Source of the DNA: Candidatus Limnocylindria bacterium
Lineage (GTDB): Bacteria > Chloroflexota > Limnocylindria > QHBO01
Direction: 5' to 3'
DNA length: 46,822 nucleotides
NCBI GenBank assembly: GCA_046261895.1
Contig: JBHENV010000116.1
Location: forward strand, 1-46,822
The notes under the pieces are model-generated. The model was not told where the DNA came from. It worked only from the letters and a program-made list of their open reading frames with translations, and did no database searches. Position 1 is the stretch's first letter, and each line of letters opens with the position of its first letter. This document shows positions 36,441-45,032 of the stretch, in pieces. The translations under genes were made by a program, and so were the position numbers.

Positions 36441-36538
36441 GGCTACAGCCTACGCCGCACGCGCGGTCTGCGCACCTGGCGCCTCCGGGTCCCGCGGCAG
36501 GGCTGTGGGAGCTTCAGTGGGATCGCTATCCTTGGCCG

Positions 36539-37057
36539 ATGACGAAGCCGGGCATCATGCTCGCGCCGGGGGCGTCCGGCACCATCGAGCGTTTGCGCGA
36601 GCACGAGCGGGGGCTCGTTGCTCGCGGCATGGTGGTCACCCTGGTGGAGCTGCCGCGCGGTCGAGCGGAGCGGGCGCTGCCCGTCTACCGGCGAGCGATG
36701 GAGGCGATCGATCCCGTTCCCGTCATCGGCGGACAATCGTTCGGCGGCCGGGTCGCCTCGCTGCTCGCCGCCGAGCTCACCCCCGCGGCGCTCGTCCTGC
36801 TCTCGTATCCACTCCACGCGCCGGGTCGCCAGGGGGCATGGGAGGAGCGCACGGCGCACTGGGGGCGCATCGGTTGTCCGGTGCTGCTGCTCGCCGGCGA
36901 GTCGGACCCGTTCGCGGACGTCACGCTGCTGCGACGGGCCGCGGACCAGCTGCCGGACGCGACGCTCCTCTCGTACCCCCGAGTCGGCCACGGCCTGGGG
37001 CCCGTTCTGGACGAGGCGCTCGATCGCGTGGCCGCCTTCGTGGCGGAGCGAACCTGA
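36539..37057 (+). CDS. alpha/beta-hydrolase fold protein (short, KANL3/Tex30-like)
   Basis: 172 aa with nucleophile elbow GGQSFGG. Late acid/His candidates are GESDPF and PRVGHGL. Confidence 0.7.
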   Translation: MTKPGIMLAPGASGTIERLREHERGLVARGMVVTLVELPRGRAERALPVYRRAMEAIDPVPVIGGQSFGGRVASLLAAELTPAALVLLSYPLHAPGRQGAWEERTAHWGRIGCPVLLLAGESDPFADVTLLRRAADQLPDATLLSYPRVGHGLGPVLDEALDRVAAFVAERT

Positions 37058-37093
37058 CACAGGCCGGCAGGTATCGGCGCTATCCTCGCGCCG

Positions 37094-38062
37094 ATGCGCG
37101 CCTCACGACTCGTTCAGCTGCTCCTGTTCCTCCAGGCGCGCGGACGCACGACGGCGCTGGTCCTGGCTCGTGAGCTCGAGGTTTCCGAGCGGACGATCCA
37201 TCGTGACGTCGACGCGCTGAGCGCTGCCGGCGTACCGATCTACGCCGAGCGCGGACCGCATGGCGGCATCCAGCTCATCGACGGCTACCGCACCCGCCTG
37301 ACCGGCCTCACCGGGCCCGAGGCGGAGGCGCTCTTCCTCTCGGGCCTGCCGGGACCGGCGGCGGAGCTCGGGCTCGGCACAGTCATGGCGGCTGCCCGGC
37401 TCAAGGTGCTGGCCGCGCTCCCGGCCGAGCTGCGGGTGCGCGCCTCTCGGCTGGTGGAGCGCTTTCACCTCGACGTTGCCGGCTGGTTTCGCGTCAGCGA
37501 GGAGGTGCCGCAGCTCGCCACGCTCGCCGATGCGGTCTGGGAGTCGAGACGCCTCGCGATTACCTATCGCCGCGGGGATCGTGCCGTCGAACGCATCGTC
37601 GACCCGCTCGGCCTGGTCCTGAAGGCCGGCGTCTGGTACCTGGTGGCGGCCGCTGATAAGCAGATCCGAACGTATCGCGTCTCGCGCGTGGAGAGCGTGA
37701 CCTCGACCCCGGAACCGATGACGCGACCGCCCGACTTTGACCTCGCCGCCTACTGGGCCGATTCCATCAGCGCCTATGAGCGCGAGTCGCCGCGGATCAC
37801 GGTCACCATCCGGGTCGATCCGGCCGTCATCGGCGTCCTGGCCGATGCGATCGGCAGCCAGGCCGTCCGTGCGGCCGAGACGGTTCCCGCCGATGATGCG
37901 GACGGATGGCTCCACCTGCGGATCACGGCGGAGTGGCCCGACGAGGTCCCCGGGCGCCTCATCGGCCTGGGCGGCCGCGCCGAGATTCTGGAACCGCCGG
38001 AGATTCGCGAGCGGGCCATCAACATCGCGCGCCGCATGCTCGAGCGCCACGGCGCTCGCTAG
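37094..38062 (+). CDS. YafY-type transcriptional regulator (HTH + WYL + WCX domains)
   Basis: N-terminus MRASRLVQLLLFLQARGRTTALVLARELEVSERTIHRDVDALSAAGVPIYAERGPHGG. Central WYL-like region AITYRRGD....R.VDPLGLV.KAGVWYLVA. Confidence 0.85.
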   Translation: MRASRLVQLLLFLQARGRTTALVLARELEVSERTIHRDVDALSAAGVPIYAERGPHGGIQLIDGYRTRLTGLTGPEAEALFLSGLPGPAAELGLGTVMAAARLKVLAALPAELRVRASRLVERFHLDVAGWFRVSEEVPQLATLADAVWESRRLAITYRRGDRAVERIVDPLGLVLKAGVWYLVAAADKQIRTYRVSRVESVTSTPEPMTRPPDFDLAAYWADSISAYERESPRITVTIRVDPAVIGVLADAIGSQAVRAAETVPADDADGWLHLRITAEWPDEVPGRLIGLGGRAEILEPPEIRERAINIARRMLERHGAR

Positions 38063-38553
38063 AGCGCACCGGCCACGGCGGAGATCAGCGAGAACACGAA
38101 CCAGCCGAGGACGAAGACGATCGCCACGACGAGGCCGATCAGCGCCAGCAGGACGAACCATTCGCGAGCGGCCGATGTCTCGGGCTCCTCCACGTGACGG
38201 CGGATGAGCGCGAGATTTCGCGTGTTGGCCTTGAACCACAGGTCGAACGCATCGCCGATGAACGGGATGGCCCCGACCGTCAGGTCGATCGCCGAGTTGA
38301 CCAGCATCCGCGCCACGACCACCCGCGGCACCCCGAGCCGAGACCCGCGCCACACGACGTAGAGGCCGATCGCGCCGCTGGCCAGGTCGCCGACCACCGG
38401 CACGAAGCCGATCAGGGCGTCGATCCCGAAGCGACGCCCACCCGTTCCCGGCACGGGGATGCTGTTGTCGAGGAGCCAGGCGAGCGCCTCGACCTCACCG
38501 AGCGCCCGAGACCGATCCGCGCCGGCGCGCGGCACCCTGGTGACACGACTCAT
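38059..38553 (-). CDS. DUF4112 domain-containing membrane protein
   Basis: 164 aa from ATG 38553: LDNSIPVPGTGGRRFGIDALIGFVPVVGDLASGAIGLYVV..A..LGVP......RM..N...D...G.IPFIGD.FD..FKAN.RN. The rest of the 486-aa ORF-track entry is an Arg-rich shadow frame. Confidence 0.8.
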   Translation of the reverse strand: MSRVTRVPRAGADRSRALGEVEALAWLLDNSIPVPGTGGRRFGIDALIGFVPVVGDLASGAIGLYVVWRGSRLGVPRVVVARMLVNSAIDLTVGAIPFIGDAFDLWFKANTRNLALIRRHVEEPETSAAREWFVLLALIGLVVAIVFVLGWFVFSLISAVAGAL

Positions 38554-38664
38554 GCGCGCGGTGACTGCACATGAGGTGCCTCGTGGCGCATGGGACGGAT
38601 GACGTAGGCCCCGTCTGGCCATTCGTACCTCGCCGGGCGGCGGTCGAACGGGCACACTGCCGGC

Positions 38665-39087
38665 ATGAGCGCCATGTCTTCCGCCGCCCCCTCCCCGATC
38701 TCCCCCGCCACGCCACGTGTCATGGGCGTCGGCGTCCTGCGCGTCCTGCTGCTCCTGGAAGCTGCCCTCGGGCTCGCGCTCGCGATCGGGCTGAGCGTCC
38801 TGGCATCCGCGCAGACGGCGTCGGTGGAGGAGACGATCCGCTTCGCCGCGGGCTTCTCCTTCGTGCTGGCCATCCTGGCCGCGGTCGCGTCTCGTGGCGC
38901 GCGCCGTCGCCGATCGTGGGCCTGGACGCTCGCGGCGCTCATCCAGCTCGTCGTAGCGATCGGAACCGGGATCGCGGTCCTGACCGCCGACTGGCACCCG
39001 GCCTACCTGCTCGGCTTCGCGCTGGCCACCGTCGTGATGCTCGCGCTCTCCGCAGGATCGGTCCGCCGGGCGCTCGGCCAGGAGTGA
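38665..39087 (+). CDS. hypothetical membrane protein (4 predicted helices)
   Basis: 140 aa with helices [56 protein letters not shown] and LLGFALATVVMLAL. No family recognised. Confidence 0.5.
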   Translation: MSAMSSAAPSPISPATPRVMGVGVLRVLLLLEAALGLALAIGLSVLASAQTASVEETIRFAAGFSFVLAILAAVASRGARRRRSWAWTLAALIQLVVAIGTGIAVLTADWHPAYLLGFALATVVMLALSAGSVRRALGQE

Positions 39088-39168
39088 CCGCGGCCAGCCA
39101 GGCTGGCGGACTCGGACGCCACGCGGCTCGGACACGGGAGGAACCCGCGGATCCTGACAGCACTCGTC

Positions 39169-40209
39169 ATGAGCGCGTGTCACGCTGACATGGTGAGCGA
39201 CGGTAATCCGCACGATCCGGGTCCGGCGCTCGCGGGGGAGCGGGGTGAGGCGCATGCCACCGCACCGCGCGCGCCACTGTTCATCGGCGAGGCCAGCGTT
39301 CGCATCGGCACAGCGTCGTGGACCGACCCGACCATGACGGCGCCGGGCGTCTTCTATCCGCCCGATGCGGGCAGCGCTGAAGATCGTCTCGTCTACTACG
39401 CGAACCAGTTCCCGATCGTGGAGGTCGACGCCACCTACTACGCGCTGCCCGCCCGGCGGACCGGCGAGCTGTGGCTCGAGCGTACCCCTCGCGACTTCAC
39501 CTTCGACATCAAGGCCCATGCGCTCATGACCGGGCAGCCATCCGAGGTGAAACGATTGCCGAAGGACCTGCGCGAGGCGCTGCCGGCGGAGATCCTGGAG
39601 AAGAAGCGCGTCTACGCCCGCGATCTACCCGACGAGATCACCGGCGAGATCTGGGCCCGCTTCATGGACGGCATCGAGCCGCTGCGCAGTTCCGGCAAGC
39701 TCGGTGCGGTCTTTCTTCAGTATCCGCGCTGGTTCTTTCCCAGCAACGAGTCGCGCGACGAGATCGTGAAGACGTGCGAACGACTGGGCGACACCCCGTT
39801 CGCAGTGGAGCTGCGGCACGCCAGCTGGTTCAACGAGAAGAATGCCGATCGGACGATCAAGTTCCTGGCCCGGCACGAGATTCCCTTCGTCATGGTCGAT
39901 GCACCCCCCGGCACGAAGTCCTCGGTGCCGCCGATGACCGTCGTCACGTCGCCGAAGCTGGCCGTGGTTCGATTCCATGGGCGGCGGACCGAGACATGGG
40001 AGCAGTCCGGTATCCCGGTCGTCGAGCGCTTCCGCTACCTGTACGACGAGGGCGAGCTCCTCGAGTGGGTCCCGCGCATCCGGGAGACCGCGGAGCAGGT
40101 TCCGGAGATTCACGTGCTCATGAACAACTGCTACGCGAACTACGGGACGACGAACGCGCGCGAGATCGCCGATCTGCTGGCGGCCGAGGTGCCGCGCCTC
40201 GATCGCTGA
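39169..40209 (+). CDS. DUF72 (YecE-like) domain-containing protein
   Basis: Motifs IGTASWTD, YY...F..VEVDATYYALP......W...TP..F.F..KA, FLQYP.WF, AVE.RH.SW, and N.CY.NYG..NA. The start is uncertain (ATG 39169 or 39190). Confidence 0.88.
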   Translation: MSACHADMVSDGNPHDPGPALAGERGEAHATAPRAPLFIGEASVRIGTASWTDPTMTAPGVFYPPDAGSAEDRLVYYANQFPIVEVDATYYALPARRTGELWLERTPRDFTFDIKAHALMTGQPSEVKRLPKDLREALPAEILEKKRVYARDLPDEITGEIWARFMDGIEPLRSSGKLGAVFLQYPRWFFPSNESRDEIVKTCERLGDTPFAVELRHASWFNEKNADRTIKFLARHEIPFVMVDAPPGTKSSVPPMTVVTSPKLAVVRFHGRRTETWEQSGIPVVERFRYLYDEGELLEWVPRIRETAEQVPEIHVLMNNCYANYGTTNAREIADLLAAEVPRLDR

Positions 40210-40232
40210 GCCGCTACCCTGACGCCGTGGGG

Positions 40233-41018
40233 ATGCTGCGTGGGCCGATGGCCCTGCTCCTGGGCATGATGCTGGCGGCCTGCACGCTTCCGCCCCTCGA
40301 GACCAGGACGCCACTGCCCTCTGCGTCGCCGACAGCCAGGCCGACTCCGTCACCCACGACGGCGCCCACTCCATCGCCGAGCCCGGAGCCGACGGCCGCG
40401 GCTTCCATCCCGGACTTCGTGGCCGGCGAGATCATCGCCGCCGCGATCGATGGCCTGCGCGTCCGCAGCCTGCCCGGGGTCGAGCGTCCCATCATCACGG
40501 GGCTGCTCCCGCTCGGGTTCGAGGTGCGCGTGGTGCTGGGCCCCATCCTGGTCGACGAGCTCGGCTGGTACCTGGTGGCGGATGCGGACGAGCGCGAGCC
40601 GAACTTCGATGAAGGATGGGTCGCCGCCGGCACAGAGCCCGATGCACTCCTGACCGCGACCGGTCGCCTCGACGAGGAGTCGCCGTACCTCGCCTCCATG
40701 GATGGGACCGGTGACGCCGAGCAGGGACCGATCGAGATCGGCGACGGTGAGCATGCCATCCGCTGGGTCGCGACCGATCCGGAGCGGACGCGATGCACGT
40801 TCGCCGTCTCGTTCACACCGGCCGGCGGTGGAGAGCCGATCCCGGCCATCCGGGCCACGATCGGAACGGGAGTCGATCGAGGCACCCTTCAGCCGCAGTC
40901 GTTCGCCGCGCTGGGGCTCACGGGGCCGGTGTTCATCGGCGTCATGGCCGATTGCGGGTGGGCCCTCGTGATCCTCCGCGTCCCCCCGGAGCCGTCTCCG
41001 TCGCCGTCGCCGGACTAG
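40233..41018 (+). CDS. lipoprotein with Pro/Thr-rich linker and SH3-like segment, hypothetical
   Basis: MLRGPMALLLGMMLAAC carries a lipobox (LAAC). A linker PSASPTARPTPSPTTAPTPSPSPEPT follows, then GLRVRSLPG....I.G.L..G..V.V. The ORF-track entry 39471-41018 is an artefactual upstream extension in a shadow frame of DUF72. Confidence 0.7.
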   Translation: MLRGPMALLLGMMLAACTLPPLETRTPLPSASPTARPTPSPTTAPTPSPSPEPTAAASIPDFVAGEIIAAAIDGLRVRSLPGVERPIITGLLPLGFEVRVVLGPILVDELGWYLVADADEREPNFDEGWVAAGTEPDALLTATGRLDEESPYLASMDGTGDAEQGPIEIGDGEHAIRWVATDPERTRCTFAVSFTPAGGGEPIPAIRATIGTGVDRGTLQPQSFAALGLTGPVFIGVMADCGWALVILRVPPEPSPSPSPD

Positions 41019-41650
41019 CGAGCGGAACCGGCCAGCGATTCGGTCAGCGCGTCGTTCGCATCGTCGTACAGGACGCAGATGAACGAGCGGTCGCCCGCCG
41101 CCCAGGAATCTTCGGATGGGCTGATCATCGATGCCCCAATCGCAGACTCCTCCCACGCAGCGCCGACGTACGGCTCGAACTTTGGCTCGCAGACCTCGAA
41201 GAAGATCGGCTCAAGCTCGGCGTCGGAGGGAAAGGTGGCAGCGCCCTCGTGCGTGGCCAGCGCGAAGACCTCGTACTCGTGGGGCTCCGAGCACGGGACA
41301 CCGGCGACCTCGGTGATCTCCTCCTGCTCGCCGCCGTTGAAGCAGTCACCCTCGCGCAGCTCGTCGACGGAGACGCTGCCGGCAGATGCCAACGAGCCGG
41401 CGTCGTCACGCCGCGCCGACGTGAGGTATCCGACGGCCAGCGCGACGAGCAACGCGGGGATCCACCAGAACCGGATCCATCGTCGCCAGGCCGGCCGCTC
41501 GGCGACCACCACGGCCCCGCCATGCGCCTCCCAGGCCACCTGGTCTGATGGCGTCGACTCGGCACCTCGCGTCAGGCCACAGTTGCGGCAGGCCGCATCG
41601 GTCTCTTCGTTGTCCGCGAAGCAGCGCTTGCAGACCCATCGTTCGCTCAC
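41015..41650 (-). CDS. zinc-ribbon / TM / septum-formation-family domain protein
   Basis: N-terminus WVCKRCFADNEETDAACRNCG (a CxxC...CxxC ribbon). TM segment WIRFWWIPALLVALAVGYL. The C-domain with GDCF...VPCSEPHEYEVF...FICVL resembles the actinobacterial Septum_form family. Confidence 0.6.
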   Translation of the reverse strand: MSERWVCKRCFADNEETDAACRNCGLTRGAESTPSDQVAWEAHGGAVVVAERPAWRRWIRFWWIPALLVALAVGYLTSARRDDAGSLASAGSVSVDELREGDCFNGGEQEEITEVAGVPCSEPHEYEVFALATHEGAATFPSDAELEPIFFEVCEPKFEPYVGAAWEESAIGASMISPSEDSWAAGDRSFICVLYDDANDALTESLAGSAR

Positions 41651-42234
41651 GGCGAGACCTTAGCCGGTCCTGGGCGGCAGCCGATCCAGTACGTTCGGAC
41701 GAACTCCTGCTGGGACGGGGTCTCGACCGCAGTCGGATGACGGACATCCCTGACCCGGGCGATAGCCGCATCCGGGCCCCAGCCGGCGAGCACCAGCGCG
41801 CAGGCCGCCACGGTACCGGTCCGTCCGACCCCGCCCATGCACGCCACCGCGGCATTCGAGCAGGATCGAGCCGATGCCAGCGACCTGAGGATCGCATCCA
41901 TCGCGGCCGGACTGGCCGGCGGAGAGCCATCCGGCATCGGGTATCTCTCGATCCGGATGCCCGCCTCGGCCGCGCGCTCGACGATGGCTCCGTCACTCCA
42001 GCGGGCGAGCTCGTCGTCGTCCACTAGGAGCAGCAGACGGTCGACCCCCGCCAGACGCAGCGCACGCAGATCCGCCCCCAGGTCGGCCCGATACACGCGC
42101 CCGGGGTAGCGCTGCGACGCGCCATGCTTCCCGGGCAGCACGGTCATTCCGAGGCTGCCGGGACGCCCATCCGCGAAGTCGCTCGCCGGCACCCAATCGA
42201 TGCTCAGGGGTGGATCGTGAGCGGCAGCGCTCAC
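41647..42234 (-). CDS. protein-tyrosine/dual-specificity phosphatase-like protein
   Basis: The CX5R P-loop is VACMGGVGRTGT, with a preceding candidate general-acid region PMPDG. 195 aa. It starts 1 nt after the DUF3090 stop. Confidence 0.75.
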   Translation of the reverse strand: MSAAAHDPPLSIDWVPASDFADGRPGSLGMTVLPGKHGASQRYPGRVYRADLGADLRALRLAGVDRLLLLVDDDELARWSDGAIVERAAEAGIRIERYPMPDGSPPASPAAMDAILRSLASARSCSNAAVACMGGVGRTGTVAACALVLAGWGPDAAIARVRDVRHPTAVETPSQQEFVRTYWIGCRPGPAKVSP

Positions 42235-42235
42235 C

Positions 42236-42763
42236 CTAGTTCAGCTGGCCGTTGCCACGTGAGCAGAAGTGACCCTGCGGATCCAGCGGTTGCCCGCAGA
42301 ACGGACAGGCCGGGCGGCCGGCGGAGATCAGCGCCTCGGCACGCCGAATGAAGCCGCGCGCTGTGGGCGCATCGATGCGAACGCGAAGGAGATCCGGTCC
42401 TTCCTCCGCGTCGTCGGGAAGCTCGACGTAGTCGCCGTCCTCGGTCGGCGTCTGCGCCTCGATGACGACCGCTCCTGCACCGGCGTCCCACGCCAGTGCC
42501 ATGGCTCCCACCCGGAACAGTTCCACGACCGGCGCCTCGAGGGTGAGCTCGTCGGGCATCTCCTGCGTCGCCGGCGCATCGACGGCATCGAGCAGATCCT
42601 CCAGCCGCTGGGCGAGCGCTGCCACCTGGGCCTTCTCGAGGCCCACGCTGATCAGGGCGGCACCCTTTCGCGCCTGGAGGAAGAAGGCGCGATCGCCCGG
42701 CTCGCCGACCGTGCCGGCCAGAAACCGGTCGGGATTGTCGAACATGAAGAGCCGGCGTGTCAT
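42236..42763 (-). CDS. DUF3090 domain-containing protein
   Basis: 175 aa from ATG 42763: F.NPDRF.AGTVGEPG.R.FFLQAR.G....SV.LEK.QV..LA.RL..LL, and C-terminal AGRP.CPFCG.PLDP.GH.C.R.NG. Confidence 0.85.
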   Translation of the reverse strand: MTRRLFMFDNPDRFLAGTVGEPGDRAFFLQARKGAALISVGLEKAQVAALAQRLEDLLDAVDAPATQEMPDELTLEAPVVELFRVGAMALAWDAGAGAVVIEAQTPTEDGDYVELPDDAEEGPDLLRVRIDAPTARGFIRRAEALISAGRPACPFCGQPLDPQGHFCSRGNGQLN

Positions 42764-42845
42764 CGGCTCCATCCTAGCGTCCGCCGACCCGGTACAGTTC
42801 GGGGCGCAGATGAGCACCACGGCCGGCTCGAGAGCGACCTGACCG

Positions 42846-43439
42846 ATGCGAGAGCGTCTCCGACCCCTCCGCAGACGGCCCATGGCCCGTGGACCGGGCG
42901 ACGATGAGGCGTTCACACTCTCGCCACGGGCCAGGTGGATCGGTGGCTGGCTCGCCGCAGCCCTTCTTGTCCTGGCGATCGCGGTCGTCTTTCGCGTGCT
43001 CGGCGGCAACGGGGACGGAACCGTGGTGGCACCCTCGCCCTCCGGGTCGGGCACGCCATCCGCGACCGCGATCACGTTCGGGACGGCGCTCGACACCGCC
43101 ACCGGCGAGGTGGCGGCCGACGCTCGCGGCAACCGCTTCGACGATGGCGACACCTTCGCCTATTCCGTGCCGCCCGCCGGCACCGTGCCGCCCACGGTGT
43201 ACGTCGAAGTGCTGACCGCGGGTGCCGAGTCCGTCGAGACGCTCCAGGAGCCCGTCGGCCGCCAGCCGCTGTCGAATCCGGACGTCATCGCCTTCACGGT
43301 GCCCGCCGCGGACCTTCTGGCGGTCTTCGGCCCCGGCGAGTACCTGATGCGCATCTATGCGGACCCGGAGGGCGACCCGATTGCGGAGGGAAAGTTCGAG
43401 CTGGTCGGCGCCACGGTCAGTCCAGCCGCCACCCCTTAG
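42846..43439 (+). CDS. membrane-anchored hypothetical protein
   Basis: One TM segment (WIGGWLAAALLVLAIAVVF), then a soluble domain of about 140 aa. No family recognised. An alternative start is ATG 42882. Confidence 0.5.
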   Translation: MRERLRPLRRRPMARGPGDDEAFTLSPRARWIGGWLAAALLVLAIAVVFRVLGGNGDGTVVAPSPSGSGTPSATAITFGTALDTATGEVAADARGNRFDDGDTFAYSVPPAGTVPPTVYVEVLTAGAESVETLQEPVGRQPLSNPDVIAFTVPAADLLAVFGPGEYLMRIYADPEGDPIAEGKFELVGATVSPAATP

Positions 43440-43449
43440 ACGCGATTGA

Positions 43450-43480
43450 GGGATCGGAGACGTGCCCCATCTCCGATCCC
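43450..43480 (+). terminator. 11-bp-stem hairpin just after the stop of the preceding gene
   Basis: gggatcggaga-cgtgcccca-tctccgatccc is a perfect 11-bp stem with a 9-nt loop. No U-tail follows. Confidence 0.4.
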
Positions 43481-43553
43481 ATCGGGCAAGTCGGCGTGCC
43501 CATCCGACTCGTCTCCGGCCAGATTACGGTCCCTCGACCGCACCTGTCAACAC

Positions 43554-44852
43554 TCAATTGACCGATAGCGCCTCGCTGGTGAGCTCGTATGCTCCGCGAT
43601 GGTTTCCTGCTTCGGCACGCAGGTCGGCCCACTCGCGCAGCACCTCGCGGAGCCGGGTCGGAACCCGGCTTGATCGGGCAAGCCCCGCTGCCTCGGCGAA
43701 CCGCCGCTCGGCCTCCATCAACTGGCCGTCGACGCGCATGGCACGCGCCTCCGTGAGCATGGCAGCGAGGCTGGCAAGCTCGTTGCCGCTGCGCTCGGCA
43801 TAGGCGCGCGCGCTCGCCGCGAGGCGGAGCGCACCGGCGGTGTCGCCGGACGCCAGCGCGATCTGGGCTTCGGTGTCGGCGACGGCGGCGAGCCATCGCT
43901 CGTCTCCGGTGGCCTCGATCTGCTGACGTGCGTCCGTGGCCAGCTCGCGCGCACGCTCGACCTGGCCGGTCGCCAGGTAGGCCAGCGCCAGGTCGTTCTC
44001 GATCCGCGCGGACTCGAACATCGCGCCGGCAGCTCGGTAGAGCGCCATGCCCTGCGTGCCCGACCGGATGGCCGCCTCGAAGTCACCGATCTCCCGGTAG
44101 CTGATCGCCAGGTTGAAGAGGAAGGCCGCGCGACGGCGATCGTCGAGATCGGCGGCCAGACCGCGTGCCTCCTCGAGGTATGACAGAGCCCGCGGCGCCT
44201 GGCCGGCGCGTGACTCCACGGCGGCCAGCGAGGTGAGGAGGCGCATCTCGAAATCCGGCTCGACATTCAGACCGCCGCGGACCTGCACGAGCAGGGCGGT
44301 GAGGAGGCTGCGCGCATCCGGCTCGTTATCGGACTGGTACAGGCCGTACGCCAGCCAGTAGCGGGCCAGTGCAGCGTCGGCCTCGCGCGAGGCAAGGGTA
44401 TACAGGCGCGCGGACTCGGAGGCGGCCGCAACGGTCTCCTTGCCGAGATCGAGACGCGCCAACGCCTCGGCAAGGCCGCGCAACAGCTCGGCGCGCCCAC
44501 CGTCGTCGGTCACGTCCTCGAGCAGGGCGCGATAGCCGTCGGCCGCATCCTGCCAGTCCCCGGCGGCGAGCTTCATGTCGACCTCGAGCCGGGTCCAGGC
44601 GGGATGCGCCTGGTCGATGAAGTGGCTCGCCGGTAGATTAAGCCGCCCGGCGATGTGGTTGAGGGCGACCATCGAGGGGCGGGCGATGCCGGTCTCCAGT
44701 GCGCTCACGTACGCCTTGGTGTAGCGATCTCCGGCGAGCTGCTGCTGGGTGAGCCCGGCACGGTGACGAGCCTCCCGGATGCGGTGCCCGATACGCTGGG
44801 CCAGCTCCCGGTCGAGCTCTGTGGCGCGAGGACTCGTCTTTGTGCGTGGCAT
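43554..44852 (-). CDS. XRE-family HTH regulator fused to a tetratricopeptide-repeat (TPR) domain
   Basis: 432 aa from ATG 44852. N-terminus: LAQRIGHRIREARHRAGLTQQQLAGDRYTKAYVSALETGIARPSMVALNHIAGRLNL. At least 7 helical repeat units of TPR type follow (e.g. AFLFNLAISYREIGDFEAAIRSG and IENDLALAYLATGQVERARELA). Confidence 0.85.
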   Translation of the reverse strand: MPRTKTSPRATELDRELAQRIGHRIREARHRAGLTQQQLAGDRYTKAYVSALETGIARPSMVALNHIAGRLNLPASHFIDQAHPAWTRLEVDMKLAAGDWQDAADGYRALLEDVTDDGGRAELLRGLAEALARLDLGKETVAAASESARLYTLASREADAALARYWLAYGLYQSDNEPDARSLLTALLVQVRGGLNVEPDFEMRLLTSLAAVESRAGQAPRALSYLEEARGLAADLDDRRRAAFLFNLAISYREIGDFEAAIRSGTQGMALYRAAGAMFESARIENDLALAYLATGQVERARELATDARQQIEATGDERWLAAVADTEAQIALASGDTAGALRLAASARAYAERSGNELASLAAMLTEARAMRVDGQLMEAERRFAEAAGLARSSRVPTRLREVLREWADLRAEAGNHRGAYELTSEALSVN

Positions 44853-44859
44853 TGCCGCG

Positions 44860-44894
44860 AGTCTACACCCCCGTCGGCAAGCGTCAATTGACCG
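44860..44894. promoter_or_regulatory. divergent promoter core with 8-bp palindrome TCAATTGA
   Basis: Minus strand: TTGACG (44887-44882), 16 nt, TAGACT (44865-44860), then 7 nt to the regulator ATG, suggesting a leaderless transcript. Plus strand: TTGACC (44888-44893). The two -35-like hexamers overlap inside the palindrome at 44884-44891. Confidence 0.45.
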
Positions 44895-45032
44895 CGATCT
44901 ACCCCAATCGTACTCCGGTCCCCCGTCCGGCCGGGACCGACGGGCCATTGCTCACCGGTCCGATCGGGGTGACTGTGACCGCTGCGCGACGCCCCGAGGA
45001 CGGGGAGGGCGCTTTCAGTCAAGGAGAGACCC

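Noticed and set aside
37094-38062. WYL-domain regulator as a marker of a defence island.
   Set aside because: The neighbours are msrB, a small alpha/beta hydrolase, DUF4112, a membrane protein and DUF72. There is no nuclease, helicase, ATPase, methyltransferase or CRISPR component nearby.
38554-39519. Upstream two-thirds of the 486-aa ORF 38059-39519(-), and the 515-aa ORF 39471-41018(+), read as single large proteins.
   Set aside because: Only the last 164 codons (DUF4112) and the last 261 codons (lipoprotein) look like real proteins. The extensions are Arg-rich and overlap the plus-strand membrane protein and DUF72 genes.
44895-45032. Riboswitch-like structure in the leader of the small peptide ORF (short hairpins cggtccc...gggaccg and ccccg-agga-cgggg).
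   Set aside because: The stems are short GC hairpins, as expected by chance in GC-rich DNA. There is no resemblance to a known riboswitch core that I can recognise.
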